From NCBI GenBank assembly GCA_963829525.1, contig CAWHIJ010000003.1:2176001-2240000 (forward strand): a DNA stretch of 64,000 nucleotides. The letters run 5' to 3'. The position numbers and the translations under genes were made by a program. Below the pieces are notes generated by a model. The model was not told the origin of the DNA. It saw only the letters and a list, made by a program, of their open reading frames with translations, and did no database searches. Position 1 is the first letter of the stretch, and every line of letters begins with the position of its first letter. The DNA comes from an uncultured Actinomycetota bacterium (lineage in GTDB: Bacteria > Actinomycetota > Actinomycetes > JAHEKZ01). Below, one piece after another: positions 60,967-64,000 of this stretch.

Positions 60967-62108
60967 GTCGATCTCCCCCTTCCATCGCCGCGACCAGCCT
61001 GATCAGCTGCGGTGTTCCCCAGAGAGGGTGGGGCGGTGCGATAGGTGACCGGCGTCCGCCCAAGCCTGATGGGGTTGGCGACCGTCGGCTCGCCATCAAC
61101 GCTCGCCACCGGATCGAGTCCCAGCCGAGCGGCCAGTGCGAATGCTCCTTCGATATCGTTGATCGGACCAGCCGGAACGCCGGCGGCCGAGAGCCTCGCG
61201 AACCACTCATCCGCCCCACGGGACGCAAGGCTTGAACACATCGCGGCATAGAGCTCGTCGCGATGCTGGACCCGCGAGGGATTCGTGGCAAACCTCACGT
61301 CGTCGGCCCACTCCGGCGCCCCGAGCACCTCCGCGCAGGCCCTGAACTGGCGATCGTTGCCTACCGCGATCACCATTTGGTGATCTGCTGTGGGGTACGA
61401 CTCATAGGGCGCAATGCTGGGGTGCCGATTGCCCATGATTTGCGGCACGAACCCGCCCCCGACGTAACCCGCTGACTGGTTCACCATTCCGGACAGCAAG
61501 GACGACAGGAGGTTGACCTCAACACGCTGACCGCGACCACTGGTCACCCGCTCCTGCAGTGCCGCGAGGATTCCCACCGCGGCATGAAGTCCGGTGATCA
61601 CGTCAACAAGCGCCACGCCCACCTTCACGGGCTTGTCGGTGCTCGAACCGGTGATGCTCATCAACCCACCGACTGCCTGAACGAGTAAGTCATACCCAGG
61701 CAGTTCGGCCCCACCCGCAGTGCCGAAGCCGGTGATCGAGCAGTAGACCAAGCCAGGGTGGGTCGCGCGGAGCTCTTCGTAGCCGAGCCCCATCCGGTCG
61801 AAGGCTCCGGGTTTGAAGTTCTCGACCAAGACGTCGGCCCGAGAGACGAGCTCTTTGGCTTCAGCTCGACCCGCGGGTGTCGCGAGGTCGACGACCACTG
61901 ACTCCTTGTTCCGGTTCACCGACGCGAAGTATGTGGACTGGTCCGCCCGCCACGGCGGCCCCCACGCTCGCGTGTCGTCGCCGGCAACTGGACGCTCGAC
62001 CTTGACCACCTCGGCCCCGAGGTCGGCCAGCAGCATCGTTGCGTAAGGACCAGCCAGCACCCGACTGAAGTCGGCGATCACGACGCCATCCAGCGCACCT
62101 GCAGTCAC
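60963..62108 (-). CDS. CaiB/BaiF class III CoA-transferase
   Basis: RVLAGP, LADLGAEVVKVERP, NRNK, ENFKPG and PGYD; GTG 62108 after GGAGG. Confidence 0.92.
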   Translation of the reverse strand: MTAGALDGVVIADFSRVLAGPYATMLLADLGAEVVKVERPVAGDDTRAWGPPWRADQSTYFASVNRNKESVVVDLATPAGRAEAKELVSRADVLVENFKPGAFDRMGLGYEELRATHPGLVYCSITGFGTAGGAELPGYDLLVQAVGGLMSITGSSTDKPVKVGVALVDVITGLHAAVGILAALQERVTSGRGQRVEVNLLSSLLSGMVNQSAGYVGGGFVPQIMGNRHPSIAPYESYPTADHQMVIAVGNDRQFRACAEVLGAPEWADDVRFATNPSRVQHRDELYAAMCSSLASRGADEWFARLSAAGVPAGPINDIEGAFALAARLGLDPVASVDGEPTVANPIRLGRTPVTYRTAPPSLGNTAADQAGRGDGRGRST

Positions 62109-62132
62109 ACAGCCTCCACTCGTCAGGTGGAG

Positions 62133-62144
62133 ATTGTATCCAAT
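62133..62144. promoter_or_regulatory. Candidate GntR operator upstream of the CoA-transferase-gntR unit
   Basis: ATTGTATCCAAT, one mismatch to the palindrome at 59059. Confidence 0.6.
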
Positions 62145-62187
62145 TCGTCTGTTGGGCGAGGCACGCCGTGGGTCTGGCCAGAAATCC

Positions 62188-62739
62188 TCAAGCCTGCTCG
62201 CGGCGCCGTTCCTCCGCCACCATCCGTGCCATGCCGAGCAGTACTCGAATGCCAGCACCCAGAAGAGCAACGCCCAACACCATCTGCACCATCGTCACCG
62301 ATCGAGTGACGCTCGACGTGGGGGTGATGTCGCCGTAGCCGACCGTTGCCAACGTGGTGACGGTGAAGTAGAGCGCATCGATGCGATCCAGCGCTTGGCT
62401 ATAGCTACTTGGAGTTGCTTCGGCCAGGCCGTAGTGGATGCTGGCCATCACCACGATGAACAGCGTCGCGACCAAGGCGATGGCCTCAACCGCCCGAAGT
62501 ACTGGGTAGCGCGCCTTGCGGATCTGCCGCATCTGTCGGACGAAGATCGCCCCGAAGATGGCCAGGCCGGCTATCACCGCGATGGCTCTGACCCCGATGT
62601 TGTCGCGGTTGTCCACAGGCAACATGAAGTAGACGGCGAGCAGGGCGGTCACAGCGATCGCTATGCGACCAAGCATCGCGCCAACCTGTCGAGGTCCAGC
62701 CGCTCCGGGGACGAGCGGTTGTCGAGAATCTTCAGTCAA
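62188..62739 (-). CDS. Potassium channel family protein (ion transport 2)
   Basis: [20 protein letters not shown] selectivity filter; start uncertain. Confidence 0.88.
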   Translation of the reverse strand: MTEDSRQPLVPGAAGPRQVGAMLGRIAIAVTALLAVYFMLPVDNRDNIGVRAIAVIAGLAIFGAIFVRQMRQIRKARYPVLRAVEAIALVATLFIVVMASIHYGLAEATPSSYSQALDRIDALYFTVTTLATVGYGDITPTSSVTRSVTMVQMVLGVALLGAGIRVLLGMARMVAEERRREQA

Positions 62740-63860
62740 CGCTGCTCCCGGCCCGAATCATTCGCTGCAGCCAACTGACCGCATGCGCCGTCAATCTCCC
62801 GCCCCCGCGTATCTCGCACAGTCACCGCGACACCATGGTCCTCCAACTTGCGGACAAACGCCCGCTCTGCCTCTGGCGACGATGCCGTCCACACCGACCC
62901 GGGCGTCGGGTTGAGCGGGATGACATTCACATGGACCAGGCGCCTTTTGAGCATCGACCCCAGCAGGTGGGCCCGCCACGGTTGGTCGTTGATGTCGCGG
63001 ATCAGGGCATACTCAATCGAAACGCGCCGACCGGTGGTGTCGGCGTACGCCCACGCGGCAGCCAGGACCTCGTCGACCGGGTACCGCGTGTTCAGCGGCA
63101 CCAGAGTGTTGCGCAGCTCGTCGTCGGGTGCGTGCAGCGAGACTGCCAGCGTGACGGGAAGTCCCTCCCCCGTGAGTCGCTCCATGGCGGGAACGAGCCC
63201 TACCGTCGACACGGTCACCGATCGCGCCGAGATGCCGAGCCCGGACGGTGACGGCTCGGTGATCCGACGCACGGCGTCAACCACCGAGCGGTAGTTGGCC
63301 AGCGGTTCGCCCATACCCATGAAGACCACGTTCGACACCCGCCCTGCGCCTCCAGCGACTTGGCCTGACGCCAACATCCGAGCGCCAGCAACCACCTGCT
63401 CGACGATCTCAGCCGTTGACATGTTACGAGTGAGACCAGCCTGCCCAGTAGCACAGAACGGGCAGTTCATCCCGCACCCAGCTTGTGACGAGACGCACAT
63501 CGTCGTGCGGCCCGGGTAACGCATGAGTACGCTCTCGACCATCGCGCCATCGAAGAGCCGCACGACATTCTTCACCGTCGCCCCGTCGTCGCAGGTAAGA
63601 CTCTGTACTGGCGAGAGCACTGCCGGCATGACCTGTTCGACAAGTTCCTTCCGGCCGGCCGCCGGCAGGTCGGTCATCTCGACCGGATCATGCTCCAGAC
63701 GCTCGAAGTAGTGCCGAGAGAGCTGGTCGGCGCGAAAGGCCGAATGACCCAGTTCGACGAGCCACTCCCGTCGGCCCGCTAGGTCGAGATCGGCGAGATG
63801 GCGCGGAGGCTTGGCACGCCTGGGCGCCACCATCACGAGCTCGCCGGGTTTAGGGGACAT
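62736..63860 (-). CDS. rlmN: 23S rRNA (adenine(2503)-C2)-methyltransferase
   Basis: [15 protein letters not shown] radical SAM motif, MGMGEP, SLHA and IDGACGQL. Confidence 0.97.
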   Translation of the reverse strand: MSPKPGELVMVAPRRAKPPRHLADLDLAGRREWLVELGHSAFRADQLSRHYFERLEHDPVEMTDLPAAGRKELVEQVMPAVLSPVQSLTCDDGATVKNVVRLFDGAMVESVLMRYPGRTTMCVSSQAGCGMNCPFCATGQAGLTRNMSTAEIVEQVVAGARMLASGQVAGGAGRVSNVVFMGMGEPLANYRSVVDAVRRITEPSPSGLGISARSVTVSTVGLVPAMERLTGEGLPVTLAVSLHAPDDELRNTLVPLNTRYPVDEVLAAAWAYADTTGRRVSIEYALIRDINDQPWRAHLLGSMLKRRLVHVNVIPLNPTPGSVWTASSPEAERAFVRKLEDHGVAVTVRDTRGREIDGACGQLAAANDSGREQR

Positions 63861-64000
63861 CAGGACCGTCGGTGACTCTGGACGCGCCCCAGCAAGTCGC
63901 TAGCAGCGATGCCAAGTTCGTGCGCCGTCCCGGTCAACCACTCCGTTGCCAGGTCGTCGGGGGTGAGGCCGGCCCCACCGAGCACCGCTTGAACAGCCAG
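63860..64000 (-). CDS. C-terminal end of an unidentified protein (5' part outside window)
   Basis: Open frame [24 protein letters not shown]...HRRS*, whose TGA overlaps the rlmN ATG (TGATG). Confidence 0.5.
   Translation of the reverse strand: MAVQAVLGGAGLTPDDLATEWLTGTAHELGIAASDLLGRVQSHRRS

Overview
This is a GC-rich actinobacterial (Actinomycetes-type) chromosome segment. Bases 1-24 kb are the conserved housekeeping block, mostly on the minus strand: dxr-rseP-ispG-GNAT / proS / rimP-nusA-ylxR-infB-rbfA-nrnA-truB-ribF / rpsO-pnp-M16 peptidase-dapB. It includes the actinobacterial rpsO and pnp leader RNAs and a chain of three overlapping mini-ORFs in front of infB. Bases 24-28.6 kb hold a frameshifted DUF222/HNH element and an MMPL transporter with its TetR regulator. 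Bases 28.6-54 kb are a large polyamine/GABA uptake and catabolism region (PucR, gabT, agmatinase, mmsA-like, FAD oxidoreductase, PotABCD, two aminobutyraldehyde dehydrogenases, Lrp, class III aminotransferase) interleaved with c-di-GMP genes. The best candidate for an undescribed system is at 36.3-39.3 kb. Two unannotated, tandem, paralogous 34-aa signal-peptide-like ORFs ending in SVVGAGxKWxN lie directly upstream of a membrane-anchored GGDEF-EAL protein and a translationally coupled DUF5317-type membrane protein with signal peptidase II-like aspartate motifs. This looks like a peptide pheromone to c-di-GMP signalling module (inference). Bases 54.9-64 kb hold a glycosyltransferase / glucosamine kinase-like / SIS operon, a glutaryl-CoA dehydrogenase-like gene and a CoA-transferase-GntR unit sharing an operator-like palindrome, a K+ channel and rlmN. 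Several single-base frameshifts suggest assembly indel errors. All family names come from motif recognition, not database searches.
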